A stretch of 64,000 bases of DNA from Candidatus Binatia bacterium (GTDB lineage: Bacteria > Desulfobacterota > Binatia > HRBIN30). A model generated the notes under the pieces. It was given only the letters and a program-made list of their open reading frames with translations. It was not told the origin of the DNA and searched no databases. The stretch lies in NCBI GenBank assembly GCA_038245295.1, contig JBBRSP010000002.1:353941-417940 (forward strand), read 5' to 3'. Below are positions 27,859 through 37,714 of this stretch, piece by piece; within the stretch, counting starts at the first letter, position 1, and the number at the start of each line of letters is the position of its first letter. Both the position numbers and the translations under genes were made by a program.

Positions 27859-27866
27859 TGGAGTAC

Positions 27867-29051
27867 TCAGCCGCGCGGCAAACCGAGCAGTCGCTGCGCG
27901 ATGATGTTGCGCTGCACTTCCGACGTCCCCGACGCGATGGTCATCGCACGCGCCATCAACCAGCTGTACTGCCAGATCCCTTCGTCGACGACGTGTGGCG
28001 TGCCGCGCCAGAGTTGCGCAAACGGTCCCTGCGCATTGAGGCCGACATCGTCCAGCCGCTGCACCATTTCACTGCCATAGAGTTTTAGGATGGAGACATC
28101 GCTGCCGGGGCGTCCTTGCTCCAGGTCGCTCATCACCTTGGCACAGTGGAAACCCATGATCTCCACCTCGGCGTGAAACTGAGCGTACTGCTGGCGCGCG
28201 ATCGGATTGGACAGGCGGCCCGACTCGGCGAGTTGATGTCGCAGCCGCTTCAAGTCGGCCTGTCGTCGCACGTGATCGACGAGGAGAAGCGTGCCGCGCT
28301 CGTGACCTAGCGCCGTCATGATCACTTCCCAGCCGCGGTCAACTTCACCGACGACGCTATCGAGGGGCACGCGAGCGTTATCCAGGAACACTTCGTTGAA
28401 ATCGGTTTCACCGGTGATCTCGCGCAACGGCCGCACGGTGATTCCCGGCGTGCGCAACGGCACAATCATGCAACTGATGCCCTTGTGCGGCGCGACTTTT
28501 GAGTTCGTGCGCACCAAGAACATGCAGTAGTTGGCCTGGTTGGCGTAGGTCGTCCAGACCTTCTGTCCGTTCAACACCCAGTGATCGCCGTCGCGCTCGG
28601 CACGCGTCCGCAACGAGGCTAGATCAGAGCCGGCGTTGGGCTCCGAGAAGCCGAGACACCACACCTCGTCGGCGCTCAGTAACTTGGGAAGATAGCGCTG
28701 CTTCAGTTCGGCATTGCCGTAGACCAGCAGCGTAGGGCCGAAGATGCTGAGCGACGGTCCATTGATCAGCGGCGGCGCTTCGGCGCGCACGAGCTCCTCG
28801 CTGACCGCCAGATGTTCGAGCAGCGACGCGTCACGTCCACCATACTCGCTGGGGTAGTGCACGGCGACCCAGCGCGCCTCGTAGAGGCGTCGTTGCCAGG
28901 CTTTCAGGAAGTCGATGCGCTCCGGTGTTGGGCCGTCGGGACCGTGTTCCTGCAGGCGCTTCCAGTGCGCGCGATCGGGGAGATTATCCTTCAGCCACAA
29001 CGCGAATTCGCGTCGCAGACTCTCGAGAGATGCCGAGGGAGTGAAGTCCAT
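27867..29051 (-). CDS. Acyl-CoA dehydrogenase
   Basis: WCLGFSEPNAGSDLASL, NGQKVWT, FNEVFLD, TIASGTSEVQRNIIA. Confidence 0.95.
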   Translation of the reverse strand: MDFTPSASLESLRREFALWLKDNLPDRAHWKRLQEHGPDGPTPERIDFLKAWQRRLYEARWVAVHYPSEYGGRDASLLEHLAVSEELVRAEAPPLINGPSLSIFGPTLLVYGNAELKQRYLPKLLSADEVWCLGFSEPNAGSDLASLRTRAERDGDHWVLNGQKVWTTYANQANYCMFLVRTNSKVAPHKGISCMIVPLRTPGITVRPLREITGETDFNEVFLDNARVPLDSVVGEVDRGWEVIMTALGHERGTLLLVDHVRRQADLKRLRHQLAESGRLSNPIARQQYAQFHAEVEIMGFHCAKVMSDLEQGRPGSDVSILKLYGSEMVQRLDDVGLNAQGPFAQLWRGTPHVVDEGIWQYSWLMARAMTIASGTSEVQRNIIAQRLLGLPRG

Positions 29052-29070
29052 GATGAGATGCGGGACGAAT

Positions 29071-29086
29071 TCAATCGATCGATTGA
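29071..29086. promoter_or_regulatory. Perfect 16-bp palindromic operator overlapping a TTGACG -35-like hexamer
   Basis: TCAATCGATCGATTGA in the 98-bp divergent spacer between ACAD and SDR. Confidence 0.65.
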
Positions 29087-29149
29087 CGCGACTTAGGGGA
29101 AGTGTTAGCCGAAGTCAAACTCTCATTTCACTCTCGGAGGACACGAACG

Positions 29150-30052
29150 ATGCTGCTGCAAGGAAAGGTAGCCGTGGTCACCGGCTCGGGCCGCGGTGTG
29201 GGTCGAGGCATTGCTCTCGCGCTCGCCAAAGAAGGCGCCAAGGTCGTGATCAACGACGTCGGTTGCGGGATTGATGGGCAAGGCACGGCCGAAGATCCGG
29301 CGCATCAAGTCGTGGAAGACATCAAGAAGCTCGGCGGCGAAGCGGTCGCCAACTATGACTCGGTGTCCGATTTCAAGGCCGCCGGGAACATCATCCAGAC
29401 CGCCGTGAAGAGCTTCGGACGCCTCGACATCCTCGTCAACAACGCCGGGATCCTGCGCGACAAGACCATCGTCAAGATGGAGGAGTCGGATTTCGATGCC
29501 GTGATCGGCGTCCATCTCAAGGGCACGTGGAACTGCGGCCGGCACGCCATTCCTCTGATGCGCGAGCAAGGCTTCGGACGCGTCATCAACATCACCTCGA
29601 GCGCCGGCCTGCGCGGCAACTTTGGTCAGAGCAACTACGGCGCCGCCAAGGCCGGCATCTTCGGCCTGACGCTGTGCTGGGCCCTGGAGTGCGCCAAATA
29701 CAACATCACGGTCAACGCCATGTCGCCGGCGGGTCTAACCCGGATGGTCGGTACAATGCCTGGGTACGACATCAAGGAACCGCCACCGGAGATGCATCCC
29801 GATTTGAACGGTCCAATGGTTGCCTACCTCGCGTCAGAAAATGCTGCCAAGGTGAACGGCCAGGTCTTCGGCCGCCGCGGGTTTGGTTACACGATCTTCC
29901 AGCAGCTTCGTCCCGTGGCGATGATGTACCAACCCGGTGGCCTGTCGCCGGCCGACATCGCCAAGAACTTCGATGGCGTCTTCGCCGAACATCTGCAGCC
30001 GATCGGCATCCCGCAGATGCGTCGCGAGGAGAAGAAGGAAGAGAAGAAGTAG
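29150..30052 (+). CDS. Short-chain dehydrogenase/reductase (3-hydroxyacyl-CoA dehydrogenase-like)
   Basis: TGSGRGVG, NNAGILRD, GNFGQSNYGAAKAG; GGAGG RBS. Confidence 0.95.
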   Translation: MLLQGKVAVVTGSGRGVGRGIALALAKEGAKVVINDVGCGIDGQGTAEDPAHQVVEDIKKLGGEAVANYDSVSDFKAAGNIIQTAVKSFGRLDILVNNAGILRDKTIVKMEESDFDAVIGVHLKGTWNCGRHAIPLMREQGFGRVINITSSAGLRGNFGQSNYGAAKAGIFGLTLCWALECAKYNITVNAMSPAGLTRMVGTMPGYDIKEPPPEMHPDLNGPMVAYLASENAAKVNGQVFGRRGFGYTIFQQLRPVAMMYQPGGLSPADIAKNFDGVFAEHLQPIGIPQMRREEKKEEKK

Positions 30053-30130
30053 GCTCGTCGTCCCGGCGAATGCCGGGACCCAGCGTAACCGAACGGAGAG
30101 CTACGGTTTCATCACTGGGCCCCGGCCTGT

Positions 30131-30351
30131 GAGACTGTCGATAAACTGAAATGAAGCAACGTCATCCCGGCGGAAGGGACTGTCGTAAAACCAAAGTGGA
30201 GCAACGTCATCCCGGTGAAAACCGGGATCTCCCCCTCCTGGAAGCCTCGAAAGCTGGCGAGATACCGGCTTTCGCCGGTATGACGGGAGGGTTGGCGCTG
30301 TTTCAAACGTGCGATCAAAGAAAATCGACAGTCTCCTGCGCCGGGATGACG
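30131..30351. repeat. Copy of the GTCATCCCGGCGAA palindromic core element (reverse orientation relative to 4241)
   Basis: Bounded by GAGACTGTCGAT/ATCGACAGTCTC; shares ATACCGGCTTTCGCCGGTATGACG and GCTGTTTCAAACG with the other copies. Confidence 0.85.
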
Positions 30352-30420
30352 GACACGGACAAGGTCCGGCAATCTCCCTGACGGGAACGGGCGACAAGAA
30401 GACGGTAGAGGTACTGTAAA

Positions 30421-31839
30421 ATGGCTGGCATCCGATCCTACGGCGCATACGTGCCGATGCAGAGACTCTCCCTTGGGGCGATAGCCGGAGGCGGGCGCAA
30501 AGCCGGCAGCAGCTCCGGCGAGCGCAGTGTTGCCTACTACGATGAAGACGCCGCGACGATGGCGGTGGCGGCGGCCACCAACTGCCTCGAGGGTTTCGAC
30601 CGAGCCCAGGTTGATGCGGTGCTATTCGCGTCAACCTCGTATCCTTATCGTGAGAAGCAGGCGGCCAGTCTGGTTGCCAAGGCGCTCGATCTACGCCGCG
30701 ACGTAACCACCGCCGACTTCAGCGGTTCATTACGTGTCGGCACATCGGCGTTGCGCTCGGCAGTCGATGCCGTCAAAGCCGGGTCGGCCAAGAACGTCCT
30801 CGTCGTCGCCAGCGACTGCCGTCAGGCAACCCCGCGCTCGGCGCTGGAGAAGAGCTTCGGTGACGGCGCGGCGGCGTTCTTGATCAGCAACGATGCGGTT
30901 GCGGCGACGATCGACCATCAACACTCGATTGCCGACGAAATCATCGATGTCTGGCGCACCGAATCGGATCGCTTCGTGAAGTCCTGGGAAGATCGCTTCG
31001 TTGTCGAGCATGGCTACACCGCCAGCATGATCGAAGTGATCAAAGGCCTGTGCGCCAAGGCCGGGCTGACGGCGAAGGATTTCGCCAAGATTGTTCTCTA
31101 CACACCCGACGCGCGCAGCTTCGCGTCGGTCGCCAAGCGGACCGGCTTCGACGCCAAGACCCAGGTGCAAGATCCGCTGTTCGGACGCCTCGGCAACACC
31201 GGTGCGGCGTTTGTACCGATGTTATTGGTGGCGGCCCTCGAAGAGTCCAAGCCGGGCAGCAAGCTGCTGGTCGCGAACTATGGTGATGGAGCCGAAGCGT
31301 TTGCGCTGTCCGTCGGGGATGGCATCACGGCGCTGCGCGGTCGGCGCGGCATGGCTTGGGGACTGCAACGTCGCAACGAGCTCACCGACTACGACAAGTA
31401 TCTGAGCTTCCGCAGTCTGCAGGCATCCGATCCCGATCGGCGCGGCGGCCAGGGTGTCTCGGCGACGGTCCACTTCCGCGACCGCAGCGAAGACATCAGC
31501 TTCCACGGCCACAAGTGCAAACACTGCGGCACCGAACAGTTCCCGTTTCAGCGTGTGTGTTTCCAGTGCTTCAAGCGTGATGAGTTTACCGAGGTTCGGC
31601 TCTCCGATCGCCAGGGCAAGCCGTTGTCGGTGACATTCGACTTCTTTGCCGGCACGCCCGATCCGCCGCTTGTCGTCACGGTCACCGAGGTCGAAGGCGG
31701 AGCCCGGGTGTATCTGCAGATGACCGATGTTTTGCCGAAAGAAGCCAAGCTCGACTTGCCCGTCGAGTTCACCTTCCGTAGGATCCACGAGTTCGGCGGT
31801 ACACCCAACTACTTCTGGAAGTGCACACCGATTCGCTAA
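30421..31839 (+). CDS. HMG-CoA-synthase-like domain fused to DUF35 (Zn-ribbon/OB-fold)
   Basis: YGAYVP..RL, DEDAATMA, GDGAAA, GNTGAA, YGDGA; C-terminal CKHC...CFQC and TFRR...NYFWK. The usual catalytic Cys position reads GSLRVG. Confidence 0.88.
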   Translation: MAGIRSYGAYVPMQRLSLGAIAGGGRKAGSSSGERSVAYYDEDAATMAVAAATNCLEGFDRAQVDAVLFASTSYPYREKQAASLVAKALDLRRDVTTADFSGSLRVGTSALRSAVDAVKAGSAKNVLVVASDCRQATPRSALEKSFGDGAAAFLISNDAVAATIDHQHSIADEIIDVWRTESDRFVKSWEDRFVVEHGYTASMIEVIKGLCAKAGLTAKDFAKIVLYTPDARSFASVAKRTGFDAKTQVQDPLFGRLGNTGAAFVPMLLVAALEESKPGSKLLVANYGDGAEAFALSVGDGITALRGRRGMAWGLQRRNELTDYDKYLSFRSLQASDPDRRGGQGVSATVHFRDRSEDISFHGHKCKHCGTEQFPFQRVCFQCFKRDEFTEVRLSDRQGKPLSVTFDFFAGTPDPPLVVTVTEVEGGARVYLQMTDVLPKEAKLDLPVEFTFRRIHEFGGTPNYFWKCTPIR

Positions 31840-31870
31840 CGACGCCGAGCTTGAACCAACGAGGTGACGT

Positions 31871-33028
31871 ATGAATTACGACGCAATCCGCGACAAAGTG
31901 GCCATCGTCGGCATGGGCTGCTGCAAGTTCGGTGAGAACTGGGACAAGTCGCCCGAGGACATGATCGTGGAAGCCGCCTTCGAAGCCTACGAGGACGCCG
32001 GCATCGAAAACCCGCAGCAGCAGATCGAAGCGGTTTTCTGCGGCGCCGTGTATCCGTCCAAAGGCACGGCCGAAGTCGCCGACGCGCTCAAGTTGTTCGG
32101 ACGCCCGGTGAGTATGGTGCAGAACTATTGCGCCACCGGAACCGATGCACTGCGCTTCGGAATCTTCTCGGTTGCCTGCGGCATGTACGACACGGTCATG
32201 GTCGTCGGCTTCGACAAGCCGAAGGATCGCGGCGTGTCGGGACCGAGCGCTGTCACCACCGGCGTGCGCAGCTTGCCGATGACGCCGGCCGGTTGGTTCT
32301 CTCTGTGTGCGTCGCGTTACTTCGAGACGTATGGCGCCGGCCGCGAAGACCTCGCCAAGATTGCGGTCAAGAATCACCACAACGGCACGCTGGCGCCGAA
32401 GTCGATGTTGAAGAAAGAAATCACCGTCGATGATGTCTTGAAGGCGCCGATCATTTCGTGGCCCTTCGGACTGTACGACTGCTGCGCCCAATCCGACGGA
32501 GCCGCCGTCGCCATTCTCACCAAGCGCGAGTTGGCGAAATCGTTCCGCGACGATTACGTGTTGTTCAAGGCGGTGACCATCGCTCTGGGGCCCAACCCGC
32601 AGTCAGACCCGTCATTCGACTTCCTACGCTGGAAGCCGACCGTGTACGCGGCACAGGATGCCTACAAACAAGCCGGCATCGCCAACCCGTCGAAGGAGCT
32701 CGACATCGCCCAGGTGCACGACTGCTTCACACTGACCGAATTGCTGACGTACGAGGATCTCGGTCTCAGCGAGAAGGGCGCCGCCAAGGACCATATCGCC
32801 AGCGGCACGTTCGAGCTCACCGGCGAGCTACCGGTCAACACCGACGGCGGCCTGAAGACGTTCGGCCACCCGACCGGCGCCACCGGCGTGCGTATGGTTT
32901 ACGAGAACTACAAACAGTTGCAGGGCAAAGCCGGCGAGCGACAGATCAAAGGCGCCACGACGGCGCTCAGTCACAACCTCGGCGGCGCGCCACAGACCTG
33001 CGGCATCACGATTGTCGGGATGCCTTAG
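31871..33028 (+). CDS. Thiolase (SCP-x/archaeal-type acetyl-CoA acetyltransferase)
   Basis: NYCATG (catalytic Cys), KNH.NG, SDGAA, VHDCF, GHPTGATG; GAGGTG RBS. Confidence 0.93.
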   Translation: MNYDAIRDKVAIVGMGCCKFGENWDKSPEDMIVEAAFEAYEDAGIENPQQQIEAVFCGAVYPSKGTAEVADALKLFGRPVSMVQNYCATGTDALRFGIFSVACGMYDTVMVVGFDKPKDRGVSGPSAVTTGVRSLPMTPAGWFSLCASRYFETYGAGREDLAKIAVKNHHNGTLAPKSMLKKEITVDDVLKAPIISWPFGLYDCCAQSDGAAVAILTKRELAKSFRDDYVLFKAVTIALGPNPQSDPSFDFLRWKPTVYAAQDAYKQAGIANPSKELDIAQVHDCFTLTELLTYEDLGLSEKGAAKDHIASGTFELTGELPVNTDGGLKTFGHPTGATGVRMVYENYKQLQGKAGERQIKGATTALSHNLGGAPQTCGITIVGMP

Positions 33029-33067
33029 TACTGTCCAACGCAAGCACGGCAACGTAGTCCGCAGACC

Positions 33068-34294
33068 ATGGCGCCGCCTCGCCCTGCTTACGCAGCATTC
33101 CTGGTGCTTGCGCCCTTGATCGTTGTCGCGTGTAGCGGCCCACGCCTGATCGATGATGCCTACATAACCCTGCGCTACGCCCGTTCCATCGCTGAGGGGA
33201 GACGGGTTTGTTTACAATCCAGGTGAGCACGTTCTCGGAACAACCACACCCCTATTTGCGCTTATCCTAGCCTCGCTTCACGCGATAAGCGGGGGCAATC
33301 TCGTTTGGTTGGCAATCGGCCTCGCCGTGCTCGGTCACATCTGCGTGCTGCTCTTGATCGCACGGATGGGGAGGCAGGCCGGCTACCCCTGGATAGGGTT
33401 TGGCGCGGCGTTGATGTGCGGAGTCTCGCCGATATTGTACAAGTCCACAGCTGGAGGGATGGAGACCTCGCTGTTCACGGCAGCGAGCCTTTATGCGTTG
33501 GCACCCGATTGCCGCGGATCTGCGGCGGCAGCCGGGTGTGCTGCTCTCCTCCGGCCAGAAGGGTTGCTGGTCCTCGCGGTCCATTTTCTTCGACAGTTGA
33601 CGCAGGGTTGGCTGGGGGCATCGTTGTACTGGTCCTTGCGCTCGTTGGGGCGGTCATCCTCGTCCGTGCCAATCGAGGACTCCTGTGGCCGTTGCTCTAC
33701 GCGCCGCTTTACGTGGCCAGCTACGCTATCGCGAATCCTCCGATATTCGACTGGTACCTGGTACCACCGATGCCGATACTGATGCTTGCCTTTTGTATTG
33801 GCCTCGCACCCGTCGTGAATTCGCTACCGTCGGCGGCATCACGTTCGTTTGTCGCTGTGGCGCTCGCACTGGCTTTGGGGGGCCTCGGCCTTTGGCAAGT
33901 ACGACGATTCATTGGCGAGCCGCTGCCGTCAAGGGAGAAGGCCTATAGAGAATCCGTTCGTCGTCTAGGTGCGACGGCTCAGGACCCCGGCGTCACGTTG
34001 GGATCGCTCGAAATCGGCGTCATCGGTTACTATGCTCGCGCTCGTATCCTCGATCTCGAAGGATTGGTGAGTCCCGAGGCACTACGGCTCGGAAAGGTCG
34101 GCGCGCTTCAGCGTTTCGAACCGAATTACTACATTGTGTTCGACCTGTGGCGAGCCATGGATCCCCTCCACAACTAGACCGCCTTTCTCGAACGATACGA
34201 ACCAATATTCGCGATTCCACCGGAGGGAAAGGGTGAGTTCGGGGTTACGACCTTCGGCCTCAAGCGTCTCCGCGAACGCACGGTCACTGAGTAG
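33068..34294 (+). pseudogene. Disrupted GT-C-type membrane glycosyltransferase
   Basis: DDAYITLRYARSIAEG, frameshift near 33200, then GFVYNPGEHVLGTTTPL...GMET...LRPEG. Second frame change near 33620, then EIGVIGYY...ILDLEGLV. In-frame TAG at 34175 precedes a FLERY tail. Confidence 0.8.
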
Positions 34295-34382
34295 ATGTGC
34301 CAGATGTGCCGACAGGCGTCACCCACCTTCCTCTCAGCGAGACTTGAGAAAGTTCTGACAGCGCACCCCTTTGGCCATCGGC

Positions 34383-36674
34383 TCAAACGGGTAGACGCGG
34401 CAAGGCTTTTGAGAGTGCAAGGTAGTGCTGCGCCGCGTTGGCGTCGGTTTCCTTGAGGAGCGTGGCGAGGCGCTGTAAGGCGGTCATTTGGGCGCCGAGG
34501 TCTTCCAACTCTTCGTTCAATAATAGGGCTCGTTCGTAAGCCTGGCGCGCCTCCGCCGTGTGTCCCAACTGGGCTTCCAGCTCACCGAGCTTGAACTGCG
34601 CGACGGCCTCGCGCCCCGGCTTGTTGCGCAGCGCCTGGAGCCGGGCCGCCGCGGTGAACGCATCGCGCGCCTCATCACCGTGGTCGAGGGTTTGCTTGAG
34701 CATGCCAATGCTCAACAGGACACTGGCTTCACCGCCGAGCGATTGGTGTTGGCGAAACAGCGCCAGCGCCTTACTGAAGAGATCAGCGGCTTCCTGAAGA
34801 CGGCCGGCGCGGCGCTCGCCGTTACCTACGGCACGAAATACCGTCGCCAGCCCAACATCGTCCCCGGCCTTGGCGTAGAAGGACTGCGCTTGGTCGTAGG
34901 CTGCGTGCGCCGCTCCCAAGTCGCCGTGGGTCTCCTCCAGGTGGCCAAGTCGTCGGTATGCGGCTGCCTGCCCGGCTGGGTCCTCTTGCTGTTCGTACAG
35001 GCTGAGTGCTGCCGCGCAGGCTTGCCGCGCCTGCGGCATTTGATCCGCTGCTCCGGCAACCCTGGCGACGAGCAAGTCGACTCGTGCCTGCGCCTTCTTG
35101 TCGTCGAGTTGACGAAAAACGGCCAGCGCTTTGTCATAGTCTATTCGCGCCAGCGAGGTCTGCCGGCTGGTGCGATGAAGATTTCCCAGGCTGACCAGTG
35201 CCGCGGCCTCGGCGCGCCGATCACCAAGCTTCTCGGCCAGCTGCAGGCGGGACAGGCAAGCCAGCTCGGTATTCAACTCGCGCCCGCGGGCGAACTGGCG
35301 CGCCGAGTTTTCGAAACTTGCTGCGGCGCCCAAGACTTCGACCTGGGCTGACCGGTCTGTTGCCTTGCGTGTAGCGTCCAACGCTTGGCCGTAGAGCTCG
35401 CGCGCGTCGTCTTCGCGGTGCAAGTAGTGCTCGAACCGCGCGTACGCCAAGAGCGTCGATGTCATTCCCTGAAGTTGTCCGGCCTTGCGAGACATTGTCA
35501 GAGCTTGCTCGTAAGATTCGCGCGCCTCGTCGGGGTGCGTATCGATGTCGATCTGACTGGCAAACTTCAACAATGTCCCCACCGACTGGGCCGTGGCCGA
35601 GGGTGGAGAGTCGAGCCCCTGATCGAGGGAGTGCTCCGTGACGGCGCGGGTTTCCATATCCAGGATTGTGGCGCTTGTGTAGAACGCCAAGGCGAATGTG
35701 GCGAGCCCGGTTGCCACCTCCACGGCCAGGCGGCGGACGTCGAACTGGCGCACGAGGAAGACCGACGCCGTAGCGGCGACGGCGGCAATGCCGCCGTAAA
35801 GTAGGTGGCGAAAGGGTACGAGTTCGGCCATTGGCATCGTGGTGATGAACACACCGCCGCGCAACAGCAACACCACGGTGCCGCAGGCAGCGCCACCGAT
35901 CGACAGATCGTTCAAGATGTCTTTGATGTTCCAGCGCGCCGGCCTCTGGCTCTCCTCGGCGGCTGACGCCTCCGGTATCTCGGGTTGCAATTTGGCGAGC
36001 TCGCGGCGCGCCACTTTTCCCATCAGCCAGGGCTCGATGCGCCGGCAATCGCCAACCGGCTCGGGGAGCGGTGGGTTCTTGAGGCGCAACGTCGATGGCG
36101 GTCCAGCCTCACGATCGGCCTGTTCGTACAACTCGGCGGCGCGTTCGAAGTGTTGCTTCGCGGCGTCGCTGTCAGACGCCTTTACTTGAGCGAGCTTGAA
36201 GCGAGCGTGGGCACTGCCGAGCGTGCTGCCAACACCTTCGTAGAGCTTGGTGGCAACGAGATAGTCGATGGCCGCTTCGCCTTCGAGTGATCGAGCCCGC
36301 CGCGCGTCGCCGCGACTCAGCGACGCATCGGCTTCGCCGACGGCGTTGCCCTCGCGTTGGTAGATCGCCAGGGCTGCCCCGTAGGCGTCCTCGGCGTCAT
36401 GGAGATGGCCGAGGGTGCGCTCCAGGTCACCGATGCGTTGCTGCACCCGGGCCTCGCCGATTGGATCGTTGGCAACGCGGCACAGACGCAACGCTTTGTC
36501 GTAGACGAGGCGCGCCTCCTGGAGATTGCCTTCAGCCGCTCCCTGCTGAGCGCGGGCCAGCAATGTGTCGAGTTGCGTCCCGGCACTATGCAGAGTCTGT
36601 ACGTCGCGCGCCGGCATTGAATCTGATGACGTCTTGGTCATCCGTGCCCCCGTTTTGTTGTGCTGGTCTTCCAC
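34383..36674 (-). CDS. TPR-repeat membrane protein (TPR block - about 3 TM helices - TPR block)
   Basis: Repeated GEA....LG......G...A...Y..AL..Y units on both sides of a hydrophobic segment. Confidence 0.85.
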   Translation of the reverse strand: MEDQHNKTGARMTKTSSDSMPARDVQTLHSAGTQLDTLLARAQQGAAEGNLQEARLVYDKALRLCRVANDPIGEARVQQRIGDLERTLGHLHDAEDAYGAALAIYQREGNAVGEADASLSRGDARRARSLEGEAAIDYLVATKLYEGVGSTLGSAHARFKLAQVKASDSDAAKQHFERAAELYEQADREAGPPSTLRLKNPPLPEPVGDCRRIEPWLMGKVARRELAKLQPEIPEASAAEESQRPARWNIKDILNDLSIGGAACGTVVLLLRGGVFITTMPMAELVPFRHLLYGGIAAVAATASVFLVRQFDVRRLAVEVATGLATFALAFYTSATILDMETRAVTEHSLDQGLDSPPSATAQSVGTLLKFASQIDIDTHPDEARESYEQALTMSRKAGQLQGMTSTLLAYARFEHYLHREDDARELYGQALDATRKATDRSAQVEVLGAAASFENSARQFARGRELNTELACLSRLQLAEKLGDRRAEAAALVSLGNLHRTSRQTSLARIDYDKALAVFRQLDDKKAQARVDLLVARVAGAADQMPQARQACAAALSLYEQQEDPAGQAAAYRRLGHLEETHGDLGAAHAAYDQAQSFYAKAGDDVGLATVFRAVGNGERRAGRLQEAADLFSKALALFRQHQSLGGEASVLLSIGMLKQTLDHGDEARDAFTAAARLQALRNKPGREAVAQFKLGELEAQLGHTAEARQAYERALLLNEELEDLGAQMTALQRLATLLKETDANAAQHYLALSKALPRLPV

Positions 36675-36800
36675 CTATCGGCGCCCGTCACCCACCAGCT
36701 GCAGGAGCCACCCTTTAACCGTGTATGAGCGCCGCCTTCAAGGTGAGGCATCATTCATGGCGGGAGTCGATTTTCTCTGGAACAGAGTTTCTGGAGGTGC

Positions 36801-36844
36801 CGTCACCCCGGCGATAACGACAGTCTCTTTCGCCGGAATGACGG
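36801..36844. repeat. Short remnant of the GTCATCCCGGCGAA palindrome family
   Basis: CGTCACCCCGGCGA...GACAGTCTCTTTCGCCGGAATGACG. Confidence 0.65.
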
Positions 36845-36905
36845 AGGTGGGGCTGGTTGGCAAGAGTTGGTTCCGGCTCTCCTCCGCGTCCCCGCGTCTC
36901 CGCGT

Positions 36906-37393
36906 CTCCGCGTGAACGATGTTGCGCAGCCTTATAAAGTCGGCGACGGTGGTGCCCGTACATCTCCGATGGCCACGGCTCGAATGTCGGCCTGAAGCCT
37001 CGCTGTCAATCGGCTGCGTTATCGAGGCCGACCGGGCATCGCGACTGGGCCGTGGGTCGCGGAGGCTGGGTCGCGGAGGCCACCCAGCCCGCGTCGAAGG
37101 CGACGCTTTTCTCAAGCAGCTCTCCCAACTATTTGATGAACCGACGAAAACACCGTCGTTGACGCGTGGGTGTCCCGCCAAATGCTCGCCGGTTCATTAG
37201 TTCGGCGACGTATTTCGCGGCTGTTCGGAAGCATTGGGCTCACGCGCCGCAGGCTGAAGCCTGCGCCACCAGACTGAGTACGCAGCCTAAAGCGGATCGA
37301 ACCGCTCCTACAGCGCAGGTTTTGAGACAGCCTCTTTAGCTTGTCGCCAACCCGGCAATCGTCCGCGGCTCCGCGTGAACGATGTTGCGCAGC
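36906..37393 (+). repeat. 25-bp perfect direct repeat pair
   Basis: CTCCGCGTGAACGATGTTGCGCAGC at 36906-36930 and 37369-37393. Confidence 0.8.
37193..37270 (-). repeat. REP with conserved extension (GTGG variant)
   Basis: Reverse complement closely matches 27780-27858. Confidence 0.8.
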
Positions 37394-37577
37394 TAGTCCA
37401 GAGAATGCGCCGTCGATTTCCTGCAGAACGCGCAACTACATCCGATATGCCGCCGTGCGATGACAGGATACTTGTCGAGACGATTTATGTCGCACCAAGC
37501 GCATTTAACCGCATATCTTTTGAAATAAGGCCGATCAAATCCATATTATGGCGCTCAAGAGCTCCCGAATTGCCGCG

Positions 37578-37628
37578 TGCAAATTGCAGACGGCTGGTCG
37601 GTTGTTGTCTTGCCGTCTGCATTTTGCA
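37578..37628. other. 17-bp inverted repeat (hairpin or operator) in an AT-richer spacer
   Basis: TGCAAATTGCAGACGGC ... GCCGTCTGCATTTTGCA, one mismatch, 17-nt loop, downstream of the 37715 gene. Confidence 0.55.
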
Positions 37629-37714
37629 TTGGGCAAAACAACTACGGTGTTGCCGCCGTGCTGACCGCCGAACGCCGCTTACCCAACCATCGGCGTCGTT
37701 TCGCACCTGATCCG

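Noticed and set aside
13548..34177. Amber (pyrrolysine) recoding suggested by in-frame TAGs at 13548 and 34175
   Set aside because: Both TAGs lie in genes that are otherwise broken, many intact genes here end in TAG, and no pyl genes are visible.
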